64,000 nt of DNA, from assembly GCA_002633005.1 (NCBI GenBank), contig NMRA01000012.1, positions 1,320,564 through 1,384,563 on the forward strand, read 5' to 3'. Under the pieces are notes generated by a model. It did not search any database and was not told the DNA's origin. It saw only the letters and a list, made by a program, of their open reading frames with translations. The DNA is from Phoronis australis (Eukaryota > Animalia > Phoronida). Below are positions 12,353-26,829 of the stretch, piece after piece. Made by a program: the position numbers and the translations under genes. The first letter of the stretch is position 1; each line of letters begins with the position of its first letter.

Positions 12353-14835
12353 GCCTATACACAAGAGCTCACACACCTACGTATTTTGCCGGCTCAACTG
12401 ACCAACATACCTTTGTGTCTAGTCATTTACTGATGGTTCCAAAACACTGATAAAATCTCATCCGCTAGTTGGCAAATTCCTGCCTCAGGTGAATGTTCTG
12501 CCTGTGATTTGTATTACAGGATACGAAACCTAAAAATCTTCCACCATGTGCGCAGTTGGATGTTGAGTGCTTTTACCATTAGTTGTCCTTATTCTATGCT
12601 TTTTCTTAACTTTGGTCCTGAAAAAAGTCTTTCTCCATGTTGCTGTACTCCTAAGTGGAGTCTTTCTTCCTTAAAAAATGATTTCTGAGAAATGCAGTGC
12701 CTATGGACGATGTTCTAAATTTTGTTCTTAATAGGTACAGTGTATAAACAAACATTTTATTTGGTTCCAATGTTTGTGGTTGTTTGTAAGAAATTTCAGT
12801 TTTTGTAATCTTAACTTTTTGAAGCTTTGTGCCCTGGAAAAATCCTGTGCATATTCTATGTGAGTGAATATTAAATTTCATATTAAGGTCTTAAAACACC
12901 CCCTTGTCGTGCGGCAGTAACTTATCTTAACCCGCCCATTTCCTAACAAACTCGTAATTTTTTATGAATAATTGTGGTGACTTTCACCGTCCAAATTTAA
13001 GTCTTGTCTACAAGTCTGGGAAACATTTAATAGAGGCAAGTGATTTAATTCAAAACGGCGAGGTATTTTAATGTTGTGAAGCAAGATTCTTGATGTTCGC
13101 TGTGACCTTGCAAGAATTTTTACTAAAATGTCAAATTTGTTGAATTCTATATCTGACCTGATTATTGACAACAAAATCCTTATTTTCATAGCTTGCTTGT
13201 CACATGTTTTCAGTAAATAGCAGAGTTGATTTGTAACTACTCACGAATGAGATGAAGTCTCTGTTTAGTAACACTCTCATATGGTAAATGCTTTTGGCTA
13301 CCTTGAAGATTACAGTAAGATTACTGCTACAGTAAAACTCTCATTTCAGGACACAATATGGCAGACAGGTGAAGTTTTCTTTTTTATAGAAGATTAATTA
13401 TCCCCCAAATAAGTATTTTATCATTGTTATGTTCTACAGCATAGATACAATGATCGTAGAAATTGTGAAAATTTTCAACAATGCTGGAAACCTTAAAAAA
13501 TTGGCTTTTGTTTTTGTCAGATGTTGTTGAGGTTTTTACCACACACCAGTTTCTAGGCAAAAATACCCACCACACTGAATTACTCTACCTGAATGGGGTG
13601 ACAAATACACATGTATAGTGAATGGTATAACAACATCTATGCCGAGGACACAATGCGATGGAACTTTGTTGGTATTGGCATGTATGTGTTACGTATAGTT
13701 TTCGAGGGGTTTTGTTGATAGGATTGGATGTCTGTCCTCTACTGTGTCAAGCGTTGCCCTGTCCATCATCTATATCCATCAATTCTTACGATTCCTACTC
13801 TCTTGCACTTAGTTAAGTCTTATTGTTATCAATGGCTGCACAGTCTTTTCCCTGTTATTCTGATCAAATCTTAGTGGCCTCCATTCTAACTCGTACATCA
13901 AAAAACCGGGCTTTGTCAACTAGCATAAGTATGTCATTTTCTGAAGGAAAAAGGTCAGGGATTGTAAAAGATATATGTTATTTGTATGTGTCATTATTAC
14001 GGTTACATTAATACTTTTTAAGTCAAAATTTCATTTTGAAGGGGTGCATTGATAACAAAAATAATGCCTCTGTAAATTTTAATGCAACCTTTTTTAAACA
14101 GTTTGGTTTCTATGACAAATCAACTCGCAAATCGTAAGGTATTTTTGTAAACACTAACAGTCGTATTCGTTGTCATGTTACATTACGCAAAAACTAGGCC
14201 TTTAAATCGAAAATCCTAATGCCGTTTTTGAGAGTGATCAATTAATATTAAGTTTGGAAAGTTTCAGCGAAATCCACCCAGCTGTTTTCGAGAATTTGTG
14301 TTATTGAGTTCAAATTAAGTCGATTTGCCAAAGCCGAGAAAAAGCCGATTAACTTGTATTAGGGCCCCATCCACAGTTTACAAAGGAAAACTCGCATGTA
14401 ATCCATAGAAACGGCATGTTGGTAGCCTTTTTACTCTTTCGCTACTTTTCTGTTTTTTGGCTTTGTTCACACACTACGGTCGCATCTCTTGTCCAATAGA
14501 CAAGAAAGTCACACGTGTATCTCATCAATAGCTAGAGGCCAATTGTTTTTTGTGGAAATCGGACTCAAGGTGGCACTGTAACTGCCATTTTTTCAAACTT
14601 CATTTGTAGACCTCTAGTTCTGTGATCCTTTGAGCCACTTTTCTTAGATTTGATTTCTTGATAGATCTTGTCGAGGGATATCCGGGGTGTATCAACTGTT
14701 TCTTGTTGGCTGCGACCTACCAATCTTGAGTTTGCTTACACATTTCAGGTGACTTGTTACATTGGCTGATTCCTCATTGCCTTTTTGTGGGTTTATCATG
14801 TACTGTACAAGGCTGTCATTGGCGTCTCATCAATG

Positions 14836-14902
14836 TCATCGTCTTTGTCGTCATCGTCTTTATCATCATCATCATCATCATCATCATCAACAACATCATC
14901 AT
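14836..14902. repeat. Imperfect (TCA/TCG)n microsatellite
   Basis: Run of tcatcatcatca. Confidence 0.9.
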
Positions 14903-15732
14903 TTTTCAAGGTGTTTTTAATCATTTGTAGCATCGTTGTTGTCTTCATTATCGTTAACCATTCAATTTCGCGAATTGTTGCTCTCTAGAAGTCTGGTTTG
15001 GTCGCATTCTTAGAGGTGCCTGGGCTCCCCAAAGCCTACCTGTGGTATGTGCAAGGTGTGAATGTCAAAAAGGCACAAAAGTGTGTAAAACAGGTTGTAG
15101 CCCCTATTTTTTGTAGATTTTGCTGAAGCAGTCTGGTCAACTGATGTATGGGATATGGTTGACTGGTGGATTTTGTGTATTAATAGACGATCAGTGAGTG
15201 CCGGTACCACTGAATAGCCGTAGTGGATTGTGGCTGACTATTCCTAGCTAGCCATCTTTCCAGGGTCATTCCTCAGGCATTTAATCGACCATTGATCTAG
15301 GACTGGATATACTACTTCAGTTGTGCCTGCTGATTAAGAATGCAATTGGTAAGCTGTGGGCACACCATGCTGAATGGAAATTCTTTTAAGTTTTTGCAGA
15401 AAAATCTTGAACATGAGGAGTCAGTGGTTAAAAATAACCCGAAATTGAAATTGTGCATATTCCATGTATGTGGTTTACGCAGAATATCGTGATCCATAGG
15501 TCAATGTTCAAAGGCTATTGAAGAATTGTGTGTTATTTTTGAAAAATATGAAAAATGAAAAATTGGTAGTAAAAATTACAGGAAATAATACAAATTCTGT
15601 AGCTTATGTGAATTTCATGGTGCACAATACACGTAGACAGTTAATTTCCTGCAAGCTAAGTGAGATACGAATACAGGTGGTGAGTTTGAAATCGGGTGAA
15701 TAGGTTGTTAAATTGAGCTTTATATCATCAAG

Positions 15733-16501
15733 AAGGCCCTTTCATACCAACTTAACTCCGGTATGAGCAGACCATTGACGTAAACTGCGAAATTAATAAT
15801 ACCTGCTTCGGTAGTTAACGGGATCGAAGTAAACGGTAGGTGACGCTGTCGTCATCAAAGTAATCATAAGGTAGCCTTGATGCATCCCGTAACAATTCAG
15901 GGCCTTCATTCATCTTAGGGGAAAGGTGCCTGTGAGGGAAAATTCTGCCTCCCAATTACCGTCAATTGCACCCCCACCCTGTTGTAAGCCCTCATAGGCT
16001 CTGTCTCAAGTAGCCAAAACTAACATTTTGTGCTCTTTCAAATTGTCACCTATGCGAGTTACAAGTGATTTGAATCTCAAGGGGAATTTTTCGATCACTC
16101 AAGGGGAATTTTTGGGCATCACAAGAGGAATTTTGGGTGATTTTTCAATATTTTTAGAGGGGAATGGGGCCCTGCAATTTGAGAACATTTCCGTGTGCTA
16201 ATTCACATAAAACGTATTTCTAATTTGATTGGTGATTATTCGAGCAAATGTAAGCAACTATTAACGACATTACTGCCTTTTAATTGTTGATGATAGCAAT
16301 GGGCCGTTGGCGATAACTTGGATAAGACCGAAGTTGACCGTTCATGCCGCACCGCACTGTTGACGCTCCACTGTTAAATCCACGTGTTTACTGCGAAGTT
16401 AACTGACACTGTTAACTTCGATCCAGGACCAAAGTTAACCATTCATGCTGACTGCAACTCCCCAGAACATCAATGCGTGGACGTTAGTATGAAAGGGCCT
16501 T
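15733..16501. mobile_element. MITE with 19-bp TIRs (GGCCC-type ends), hosting a nested element
   Basis: Left aaggccctttcataccaac; right gttagtatgaaagggcctt (18/19 reverse-complement match). TTAA lies at the right junction. Confidence 0.8.
15898..16174. mobile_element. Nested 277-bp MITE with CAGGGCC termini and a 5-bp TSD
   Basis: caatt|CAGGGCCttcatt ... aatggGGCCCTG|caatt, with TSD copies at 15893-15897 and 16175-16179. Internal aggggaattt subrepeats. Confidence 0.8.
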
Positions 16502-17929
16502 AAGAATGAAATTTAAACTGGTCTATATCAGAAATACTGGGACTTATGCACTATCTATTTTTATTGTTACCAGTAAGTTTCTTCAAATTGTCTGTGATCA
16601 CCTATGAGAGGTCTTCTTGGCGAAATTTAGTTCACTATTTCAAGAAGTGGTTGTAGTTCAGGATTCAGATTTTGTATTCCTGTCTTTAGTTATTGGAAGC
16701 TATTTCTACTGCGCAACAAGATTTTTGCACACATCATGGCTTTATTTTGATAAGCACTTGTGACACTAGACAATAAGTCATATCTTTCTTATGGTTTTTA
16801 CAAAAAACGAATCACTATCGACCTCATGTAGTAAAAACATTGATCTGCTGTGTTGATTGCGGTAGCCTTTGCTTGATATAGGATTTCATTTCACCTGAAA
16901 ATACCGTTGATTATAATAATTATCAGTACATCGACCTCAGTCTTGTTGCCAAGGACAAGTTAGTCAGGTTAAGTCCTCTGTGTCATTATTGTTATGGGGT
17001 TTTCATTTGGTTCTTGTCAGGGATGCAGTTTGCAGAGTCGTCTCCATGGTTAGTGTTGTGTTACCAATGAACAAGTCAACATTTTAGAATATTCATTATT
17101 ATAATTGATTTTAGTTATCGATTTGCAGACAGGCAAATCATTTCCACAATGATATAATTTTGACTTGCGTTTTTTCAAAATAGTTCACTTATTTTTATCC
17201 ACCCACACTTACATATGTGGTCGTATATTGCCTTCACCTCTGTTTGACGTCCGCCATCCGCTGCTGTATTTCTGAAACCCTGTGGTGGAACTTCATGAAA
17301 GTTGGCAGATGTGTCCCGTTGGAGATGATGACGGGCGTGTTTCGTGTCGCTTACTTACCAAAGGGAGAACCAGAGTGCCTATGACAATCACTTGGATCAG
17401 GAATTGTCTAGATCTGCTAGGCCGTGGTCAGGTTGGGAGAAATCAACCATGCCAACAGGAAAAACCAAAAAACATTGATGTCATAAGCTGAGTTTTTATA
17501 TAAGTTTGCTTTTTAGTTAAACCTGTGACACTGAAAAGTGTTCGTTTTTGGGTGTATCACCCCATGTTTTGATTGAAATTTTAATTTCCTATAAATCTTG
17601 AAGGTTACAAATTTTGTGCCTAATGGGTTGGCAGCCCCGCAACTACCGCCGTGTGTACAAGTTGCATTTTTATTTTTTTACATTTGCCTCTTTATCTTCT
17701 GTGTTGGGTGATGGATTGTCATGGAATTCCGGCATATAGTTTGGCATTAGAGATACGGTGATGCCTTCCCATTTTTGGACAAGTTTGGCGTTATCTTGTG
17801 CCACCTAGTGGCCATTTTTTGATCTAATAAACACCCCCAGAAGCATACTGTTTGTGGTGCAGTTGTGGGCATATTTCAAAACGGTGGGTGCGTTGCTCTT
17901 GTTCTAGTTCAGCTGTCATTGGTTGACTA

Positions 17930-18230
17930 TTGTTGGCTTGCTGTCATTGACCCACTGTCACTGAACATTCATTGTTGGCCCTTGGTTATTGGCCAGTACT
18001 TGTTGGCTTACTGCCATTGGTGCACTGTCACTGAACATTCATTTTTGGCCCTTGGTTATTGGCCAGTACTTGTTAGCTTACTGCCATTGGTGCACTGTCA
18101 CTGAATACTCATTGTTGACCCTTGGTTGTTGGCCACAAGTTGTTGGCTTGCTGTCATTGGCACACTGTCATCGAACATTTATTGTTGGTCCTTGATTATT
18201 GGCCAGCAGTTTTTGGCTGGTGTCATTGCC
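17930..18230. repeat. 70-bp tandem repeat, about 4 copies
   Basis: The ctgtcactgaac motif and variants recur at 17955, 18025, 18095 and 18165. Confidence 0.92.
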
Positions 18231-18580
18231 TCCTCCAGCGATGGACAGGTTATATGTAAGCCTTCCAACGAGTTGCCTCCAATTCGACTGATGTTTACCA
18301 TAGCTTACACTAGCATAACAATATTTTAAATAATTTTCATTTTTGTTACAAGGTCGTTCAATGGCTTCTGACTTCTGGTAAGCACATTGAGTTCACCATT
18401 ACTCAATGAATGGCTTAGGAGCCGCCCGTCTTTATCATCTGTCTTTCCCTGATTGCCGAGTTCCATTTGTATTACTAGGATGGCTAAAATGAAGTTTTTC
18501 ATTTCTTGGTGTCCAGTCTTTCATTCCTCTCTTGCACTTCCTTTTCCCAGATTGTAACGACAGTATTCCTCGTTACGTGT

Positions 18581-18869
18581 ATCCTCAATACTAGGTGTGG
18601 CCTCAGTACTGGGTGTGTCCTCAGTGCTAGGTATGTCCTCAGTACTAGGTGTGTCCTCAGTACTAGGTGTCCTCAGTATTTGGTGTTTTGCTCAGTATTA
18701 GGTGTGTCCTCATAACTAGATGTTTTGCTCAGTACTAGGTGTGTCCTCAGTACTAGGTGTGTCCTCAGTACCAGGTGTGTCCTCAGTACCGGGTGTGTCC
18801 TCAGTACCGGGTGTGTCCTCAGTACCGGGTGTGTCCTCAGTACCGGGTGTGTCCTCAGTACTAGGTGTG
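18581..18869. repeat. 18-bp minisatellite (cctcagtactaggtgtgt), about 15 copies
   Basis: Directly visible. It explains the repetitive LSTRCV and LRTHPV ORFs. Confidence 0.95.
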
Positions 18870-19784
18870 CATTTCGTCTCCGTTCACCCTGCTGTATAGA
18901 CTCAATGATGTATGTTATCATAGAAATATCAACCTTTTTTGAAAGTTGAATCATCCATTAATAAGTAGGCTGTATGACAAGAGACTGGCTGTTAAGTCGT
19001 GCACATGATCATTGAGCTCTGCAAAAAAGGGAACGTAAGGCAAAAGAAATTAGCATAATTGGTTCTCTTCTGTGCCGGAAAACCTACACCTTCACTGCTT
19101 AAGCCTTGCCCACAGCTGTAACATTTCTGCAACAAAAGCATTTTGTAAAGCTGCTTTGTAGGTTGTGGCTCATTGTTATAGGCCTGTACAAGCTACGCAA
19201 CATTTTCACAACTTTCTAAAAACATTCGTCCAAAAGTCATAGAAATGTTGAAAGACGTTTTGCGGAAACTAGAAATAGCGATTAAAAAAACGAACAACAG
19301 CTACAGGAAGTTGTGTATAGCTAGTGCTGCTTGTGCTATAATGGGAGCTGTAATTAATCAGAATAGAAAAGAGGAGTGAAATTCTTTGCAATCTGTTCAG
19401 TTGCTTGCTTGCTTCTTTATAAGTCTGTTTTATGTATACTGTAGTTGTACAGTTGTTGGGTACAAGAAGGTACAATAATTTGTATTTATTAGCTGTCATT
19501 TTCCAATTGTCTTCACTATCACATGACGCATAGTTCACTTCTGATTGGTCGAGGCCAAAAACATTCCTGAATCATGTTTCTGAAATGTTTCCGATAATTA
19601 ACATGTCAGTTATTGGAAACATTTCGAAAACATGTTCCATGACATGTCACCAAAATGTAGCAGAACACGTTCACACTGTGTAACTTATCAAAAACTTGCT
19701 GCATCAAGATTGTTTTCCAGTTGCATTTCAGTATAGTTGGGTATCAACCCTTCTTGAACACAAACTTCATTGAAAACACGACTA

Positions 19785-19964
19785 AACTCTGTTTGAAAGC
19801 TTGATACAGAGTCACTCGTAGTGTCGAAACAAACTCATTTCTTCAGGCGTGCAGCTATGTAGCAAAACACCCGATAGACATAACTAACAAATGAAAACAC
19901 CTGAGGAAAGGAGGTTGTATCGACACTACGAGCAACTCTGTATAAAGCTTTCAAACAAAAAGTT
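19785..19964. repeat. Short foldback element with ~65-bp imperfect inverted arms
   Basis: tgtttgaaagcttgatacagagtcactcgtagtgtcgaaac pairs with gtatcgacactacgagcaactctgtataaagctttcaaaca. Confidence 0.85.
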
Positions 19965-22900
19965 CAGTTGCATTTCACAAATGTTTCATCAAAGTTGCAC
20001 AATTTGGAGACAAAGACCCCTTTGCATCACTTTTCGCAAAGTTCATTTTTGAAAAAGCCGCACAGACATTTCCATGAGACAACTCCAACGCCAACATTTG
20101 GGGTTTTGTTACCCCAACGCCTCAGCGGACATAAGCCAGACTGCAACTAACCTGTCCTTATTAATTCACAAATTAGTGCTCGTGACTTTGCCCATTTGCT
20201 AATTTCTCTTGTAATGCATTGATTTTAAAATTTCAGAGACTGCTATTTATTTTTCAATTTTAAAAAGTCATGTTGGTCGTTTTGCCTTACTTAGTGTTTG
20301 GTTTTTGACTTTGAAACTCGTACTCTAAAAAGGCGGTGCGTTGGTTTATGACCGCAATATCCATTCAGCCAAGCTCATGAATAGCGACTAGCTCACTTCA
20401 ATCTGTGATGGCACTATCAAGTCTTTGATGTGCCGAGGAATTCGCTGGATAATTTGGGGTAAAGGGTGCACGCTTTCTCATCCACCTGTGTGGAAATCCT
20501 GTTAGTGTAAGATTTGCTTAACACTAAAGTATTTTTTTAAAGAGGCTTTGCAAGTTGGTGAGAACCGTGTCGTTAAGGAATGGGTTTCCAAAGACTATTG
20601 GTTCCGTTTTGAGTCACAACTAATGCTTTACCATTTTAGGTTGTTGACCATTGGTGCCATCAGACAATATTTATCAACAAAATTGTGGGCATTTACAACA
20701 ATATTACAAGACTTAGGAAATGAAACTGAAACTTAGTAAATTTTGAGCGAAATGGATGAGGTTTTACCACTGGGTTGTTTTCTTGCATTCTCTAATCCGT
20801 GGCTGTATGAAGTGTCAGTTTTATTACTGTTTGAGTGCGGAAGTCATTGAGGCTTGAAGGAAGCTTGTCTTCTTGTTTGTACTACAATGGTGCAAGTTGA
20901 CAACGGTTTGTACCGTCTTGGTTGGTGCAATGATCACGCCTGTACAGGACAATCAATAAGGTTATATAAGTTACTGTGAAAAACTGCCGGATCTCAATGT
21001 ACTCATCCTGGGAAGGACATTGTGTCAAAAGGCATTTTCCCACCAAGTTAAATCCTCTGGTATACATATAAACTGTGATCTTGAGCTTTGGTACGTAACC
21101 CAAAGTCCTTACCTAATGATCCCATTGTCTATAAAGTTATAACGAGGTAGCACTCTAAATACAATTTTTAAATACCTGTATTTTATAATGTGAATAGCCA
21201 TGCATATGTTCAGACAGTAGCTGCTATGAATTGTTCATTTATAGCTGTGAAATGGTGAATACCGCATCACAACTTGTGCTGTTGTTGACAGAAACATCTG
21301 CTGACAACTCCCCTATTCCTCCAATGTTGAGTATTTCCACGGTGTCGACGTGTCTTGGTTTCGCACTTAAATTCACCTGTTAACTGCAAAGTCCCATTGC
21401 AAATTTAACTTCAATCCAAGGGTGACTTCCCACTGACCCGTACTCCCCTGAGTACCGAACTGTGGCCATTGATCGGAAAAGGCCATATAAGAGGCGCATT
21501 ATTAATACTTGCACAGTGATGTACAACAACTGTTGTTTCATTATCAGGGTCAACAGTGTATTGCTACTGATTACTGGGGTCCTTAGAGTTGGGCAAAGAG
21601 TGGGGCTCAATAGATTGGGTTTCCAATTTTTTGTGTTGATGGAAACAAGGTTAGTCTTTAACTGCCGTGATGATAATGATTAGGTGAATTTCAGTAGCAG
21701 CGTAGACTTAAAATGCAGTGTTTGTTTTTCTGTGGTTCAATTTTGCTGCCCTTTCGTAATGTGTTTCTTAATTTTTTAGGCACGAGGGTTTGCAGTTGGC
21801 TAGAAACCGTTTTTAAGATATTTCCGAAACATTGATTTATATTAAAATATCAAGGGTTCTTCCACGTGTTCAGTTTGTCACGATTCAAGTTCATAATTTA
21901 TGCAAGATAAAGTGTGATTTGAATATTTATGGGCAGTTCCTGCATGCAGGTTGTACAAATAATTTCCACAATCTGTCTCAATGCTTTGTATTACGCTAAT
22001 ATGCAAACCGATAGTTTAACATGGCTTTCAGCCTCAATTTAGTAATGTAGCTAATTTTTCTTATATTAAAACATAATTGGTCTTTAATTGTTGTCACCTC
22101 AATTAGGCAGTGTTGAGTGAGTCATCCGATGTCCCCAGCTCCTTCCGCATGTCACCTCACATCCAGTCAAGGTGCGGCCATGTGAGATATCCATTCTGAC
22201 GCTGATGACTGCTGGGATTTTGTTTGGCTTGAAAATGGAAACCATGATTGCCTGTTTCGAGCCGGCAAACCAGATGGTCAGCAGTGCCCTGCTATTGTTA
22301 TTGAACTGGTCGTGCACTTTTTCTACAAGCTAATTGATATCAACTTAATAAAGTGCCAATAGATTGTCAATGGGCGCGCGTGCCGCGCGTAGCCGAACTG
22401 GAACATTATCCCGACTATCGTATTACTCTTCTCTGGTAAGGTAGTATGTTGTGTGATGGTAGTAGTATCTGTGTAATAGAACTGAATTACTCCATGTTGT
22501 GATGGCGGGCTGTGTTACCCATTGGCTGGGAATGTACCACTATAATTATCCACACATGCTCCACTGAAGCCACACAGTTCTGTCCCCTGCTCTCAGAACA
22601 TAATGCTTGTAGATTTCAGGTAGGTAGCATCACGAGGTCTTTACCTTGGGCTGTTTTTCGTTCGAATAAGCTGAGTTTAATTTACATTTAGGTTTTCCGC
22701 AAAAGTGCAATTATTTAGATTTTGACATGTCCTTGTAGAATAATTAGTATTGCCATGGGATTGACTTAATATACTTCTTGTTCACTTATAATTATAATAA
22801 GTTAAAAATGTTCAAGTACAACAAGGTGCGAAATGTGATTTAGTTCAAATTATTGAACGACTAGTCTCTTGCTTTGTTATTGAAAGATCTATTGGAATTC

Positions 22901-25900
22901 ACATTCAGCTTGTTTTTCAAATTTGTCTGAATCATTAGTTACCCTAGTGTCGTCATCTTTGAGACTTGGGAAGTTGGAATTGTGCTCATGGAAACTATTG
23001 GCTTTAATTTCTTAATTAATGTTTTGGACACTTGCTTGAATAGATTGACTTTTTGTGGTGGTGTCGAATTTTATCTGTTGTTTCTCGAAATTAAGGTTTG
23101 ATTTTTAAAACATGCTTTCAAGATGGAGTATTTGGATAATACTCTAGGGGGGAAATTCTTCGTTTATTAGTGTTGTAAACACATCAAAATCTAAACAAAT
23201 CTCCAAAAAGGTATGTTGTGGTCCATGAAATTTTATTGTTATCGTTATCATTATTATTATGAAATGTGATTGAGTGTTGTCTAAAATTATACCCAATGGA
23301 TTTTATCGGAAAAAATTCTCATTTCTGAAATCAATATTTGTTCCTTTTTCCTGATATGTGTGACCACTGTATCATGCATTGAGGATTGTTTACATCTAAT
23401 AGTTGGCCAGGAATTGTTTGTAGTTTTGATATTATTAATACACCAATGTGTGTTGATAATATTAATATATTTCAACCAGAAACAACAAAACATTTCACGC
23501 CCTCTCCTTTTTGTGTGTGACTTATGAAAAATTTTGCTCAAATTAAAATAGCAGCCTGCTCTGCTCCTTGGTTGAGAAAATATGTTTGAGTAAAAAAATG
23601 TTTTCACATGAAATAAATTGGTGTGGCCTTATGTAAACTTCACCATTGTAAAACAATTTCTCAGTTTATTTTTTGCCAATTCTTCAAGATCACACAAGGC
23701 TGTGCAAGACATCGCCACGCCTTACAAGTGAAGCTCCTGGGGCTGGGGTCTAATCTTTATACTCAAATTTGAACATTCTTGGCATTTTCTATTCGACTTT
23801 TGTGCTAACTCAAGTTGTGTGTCTATTAATCTGTGCTTGAGCACATTATGGTTTATAAATATGCTATAAATCTGTATTTCCAAGTTCACCCGTGATGGCT
23901 CCTATATTCACGCTTCAAACTCGAGTAAAACCTTGAAATTACGAGTTTCTACTAGAACTTTTAGCCTTAATGTTAGGGTCATCAAGTACAAACTAGTTGA
24001 CCTCGTAAGCCATTTTGTACTTGAGCATAGAGTAAAAGTCATTTATCTTGAGTTTAATGCCAAAAATAATTTTGAGATGGAGTAAAATGATTGGACCCTG
24101 AGCCCAGGTCTGACAAGCTTTCAGTAGCAAGTATCTTGTGTTACTGACTGGACTCCTGATTTACTGTTAGTTCTGTAAGCAAGATTCTCCCTTAGCAAAA
24201 ATGTAAACATATGACACCCTGTGTTTTTACATTATAATCTTCCTTCCTGCTAATTCGCAGAAACAACACTTCAATTACACAGTATTTTCACTTGCTGAGC
24301 GTCATTTCTACAGCAAAAGAATAGAAATACGGCAACATCTCATCAATTTAGGATACAATATGATGGACAAGCGGAATTTTGTTTTCTCATTTTTTCCATG
24401 AAACACATGTTGCATCAAACTAATGCTTTTCCGTCTTCAAGTTCTGTATCACAGCTACCATTAGTCAACATTTTGAAAAATTGTTCGCATTCACAATGTT
24501 AGGGTCACTTGAATTTTGTTCTTGTCTGAATTTGGTGAAGTTTTACTGTTAGTACAATAGCATTATGATATTCCAATCATTGTGAATTGGAAAATAAGTC
24601 TACATTTTCAAACATTGCTCAAGATTTTAAACATGTCTCGGAGCTCTTCAAACATGGCTAAAGAATTCCAAACATGACTCAGATCTGAATACACATCATA
24701 GAGGAAAAGGTTGTTAGGTAATTAGTGATGAGTTGAACTGACCTTGTGTTTTTGGCTGTTGCAAGCATGCCGGTACCATGACTGTAATTATCACGGACTT
24801 TCTCTTGATAATTAGGTTGTTTTATTAGGTAATAAACTAGGTGAGAAGTGTTACATAGTACTCATGCCTAATGATGCCGTATAGAGCTGGCAAGGTATTG
24901 TTTAACTTGTGACATCCACACGACAGGTGTAAGCTCAAACAATTGTTCCACAATGTCTCCAGATGGTGGTTCATGGGCTTCAGGAATTGTAATAGCATTT
25001 TGTTATTGTTGAAGACTAAACCCTAAAAGTTAGAATTTATGGGTTGTAGGCAATGTGGCTGCCAGGCAAGTTGGTAGAAACTGGTTCCATACCTGAACAC
25101 TAGAGGGAGATACTTGTTCAATAGTTTTAGTTGTTGGAAACTTAAGCAAAAACACAATGTCTCTTTTTTTCTAAGTCTCAAATGTTATGGTGTTTTGTTC
25201 TGATGCCTATTTCTGTAACACAAGATACTCGCAAGTGAAAGCAAGTGGGGTCACATGCTTCCCTTAAAATGCACTATGATATCTCAGAAAGATTGAGCCA
25301 AATTCGTAAGAAACTGGCCCTTCTCAACACAATCAGATATGCACCACCTACCATCTTATCTCATGGAACAGTGACTATTAGGTTTCTGTATTGCCATCTT
25401 TCTGTAGTTCAGAGGTTCATGATTTGGCGTTGATTTTACACAATGAATTAGAGGACTGTGGAGGATTTAAGGCCGCAGAATTTAGGAAGTTTTATACTTC
25501 TGTCCTGCCTTAATGTAAGCTAACACAATACCTTCGAAGTTGACAGCCACTGATAACAGAACGCTGTACCAGTACATTCTTATGCTATTCATATTGATTA
25601 GGCACTGCCATTTGTGTGAATGTTGATTACATTTCTAAGGTTTTGCTGAAGTCATGTGACATAGTTTCTGCAGTCACATGATTTTTACCAACATGTCTGC
25701 TATAAGGCCTATATATAGCACAATAAACACTAGACCTGTCTCCCTAATTCTGAATTAGTAAAATCTGAGTATACAAATTACTCAACAATAACATTGTTGC
25801 GGTAAGGTTGACTCACAGTGCTGGAGGTGCAACCATTTGGCATTATTTATGTTAATTATGCTATTAACATATGAAGGAGCCTGTGGTTAAAAAGCTATTT

Positions 25901-26829
25901 GATTGTTTATTTGAGCTGTTAAGTCTAGTAAGCTTCACTTTAATTTCATTTCAAAAAAATTCTCTACATATGAGTAAATCTTTAAAAGTTTTAGGAAATT
26001 TCATGCTTGTTTCACTGTAACAATTATGGCTCTTTGTCTGTAATCTTGGCACTGCAGGAGCTAGATTTGTTGGGTCAGACTTCTACACAGCAAAAGTGTT
26101 AAAGTAAACACTCCAAGCATGTTGAACTTGGGTTTTTGTGGTATGGAGATCAGAAGATCAGTCTTTATCTATCCCCAATCTTGCTACCCCTCTGCTGATG
26201 CTGGAGGCGAATTTATGAATGACTGTTCCTCTCCTTGCAGCCATTTTTGTTTGGCTTTCGTAGCCATGGAGTAGATAGCTTGTCGCAACTGTGGCGCTGA
26301 CCTTCATGTTAACTGTGGTTAATCACTGATCTGTGATTATTTAAAGGCTCATCTGCCGACTATTGAGGAGTGAAAATATTTAAAGACTCATATGCCAAGT
26401 ATTATGGAATGACAATGTATTAAAGGATCAAATGGTGTGTATTGGGAAATAGAAATGTTTAGCAGACAAATAGACCATTTTTAAGGTTCTGATGGCAAGT
26501 GAAGATGAATGAAAGTTGTTCAAATCTATGTTGTTAGAATAGTCTTTGTTACATCAGTTCCTCATTATTGCCCCTCTATGTTTGCTGGGCAGCCAGGCAT
26601 GGCACACCGTGTACAGCTAAGTGCATCTGTATCAATCATTTTTGGATTACACGAGTTTTTGTCACTGTGTGAGCACAAGAAAAAAGCAAATTGTTCAGGT
26701 TAAAATACCGTAGGGGAGGTCACAAAATCATAATGGCTAGGTTGTTGTGGGATAAGTGTGTCCCAAAAAGGAACACTTTACACAGCTTGCTGGTGAAGAT
26801 TTTTAGGGGCTGAAGGCAAACTTTTTTCT

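Noticed and set aside
17865-18954. Repetitive Cys/Leu-rich ORFs (likewise 26849-27294)
   Set aside because: They are translations of minisatellites that are open in several frames.
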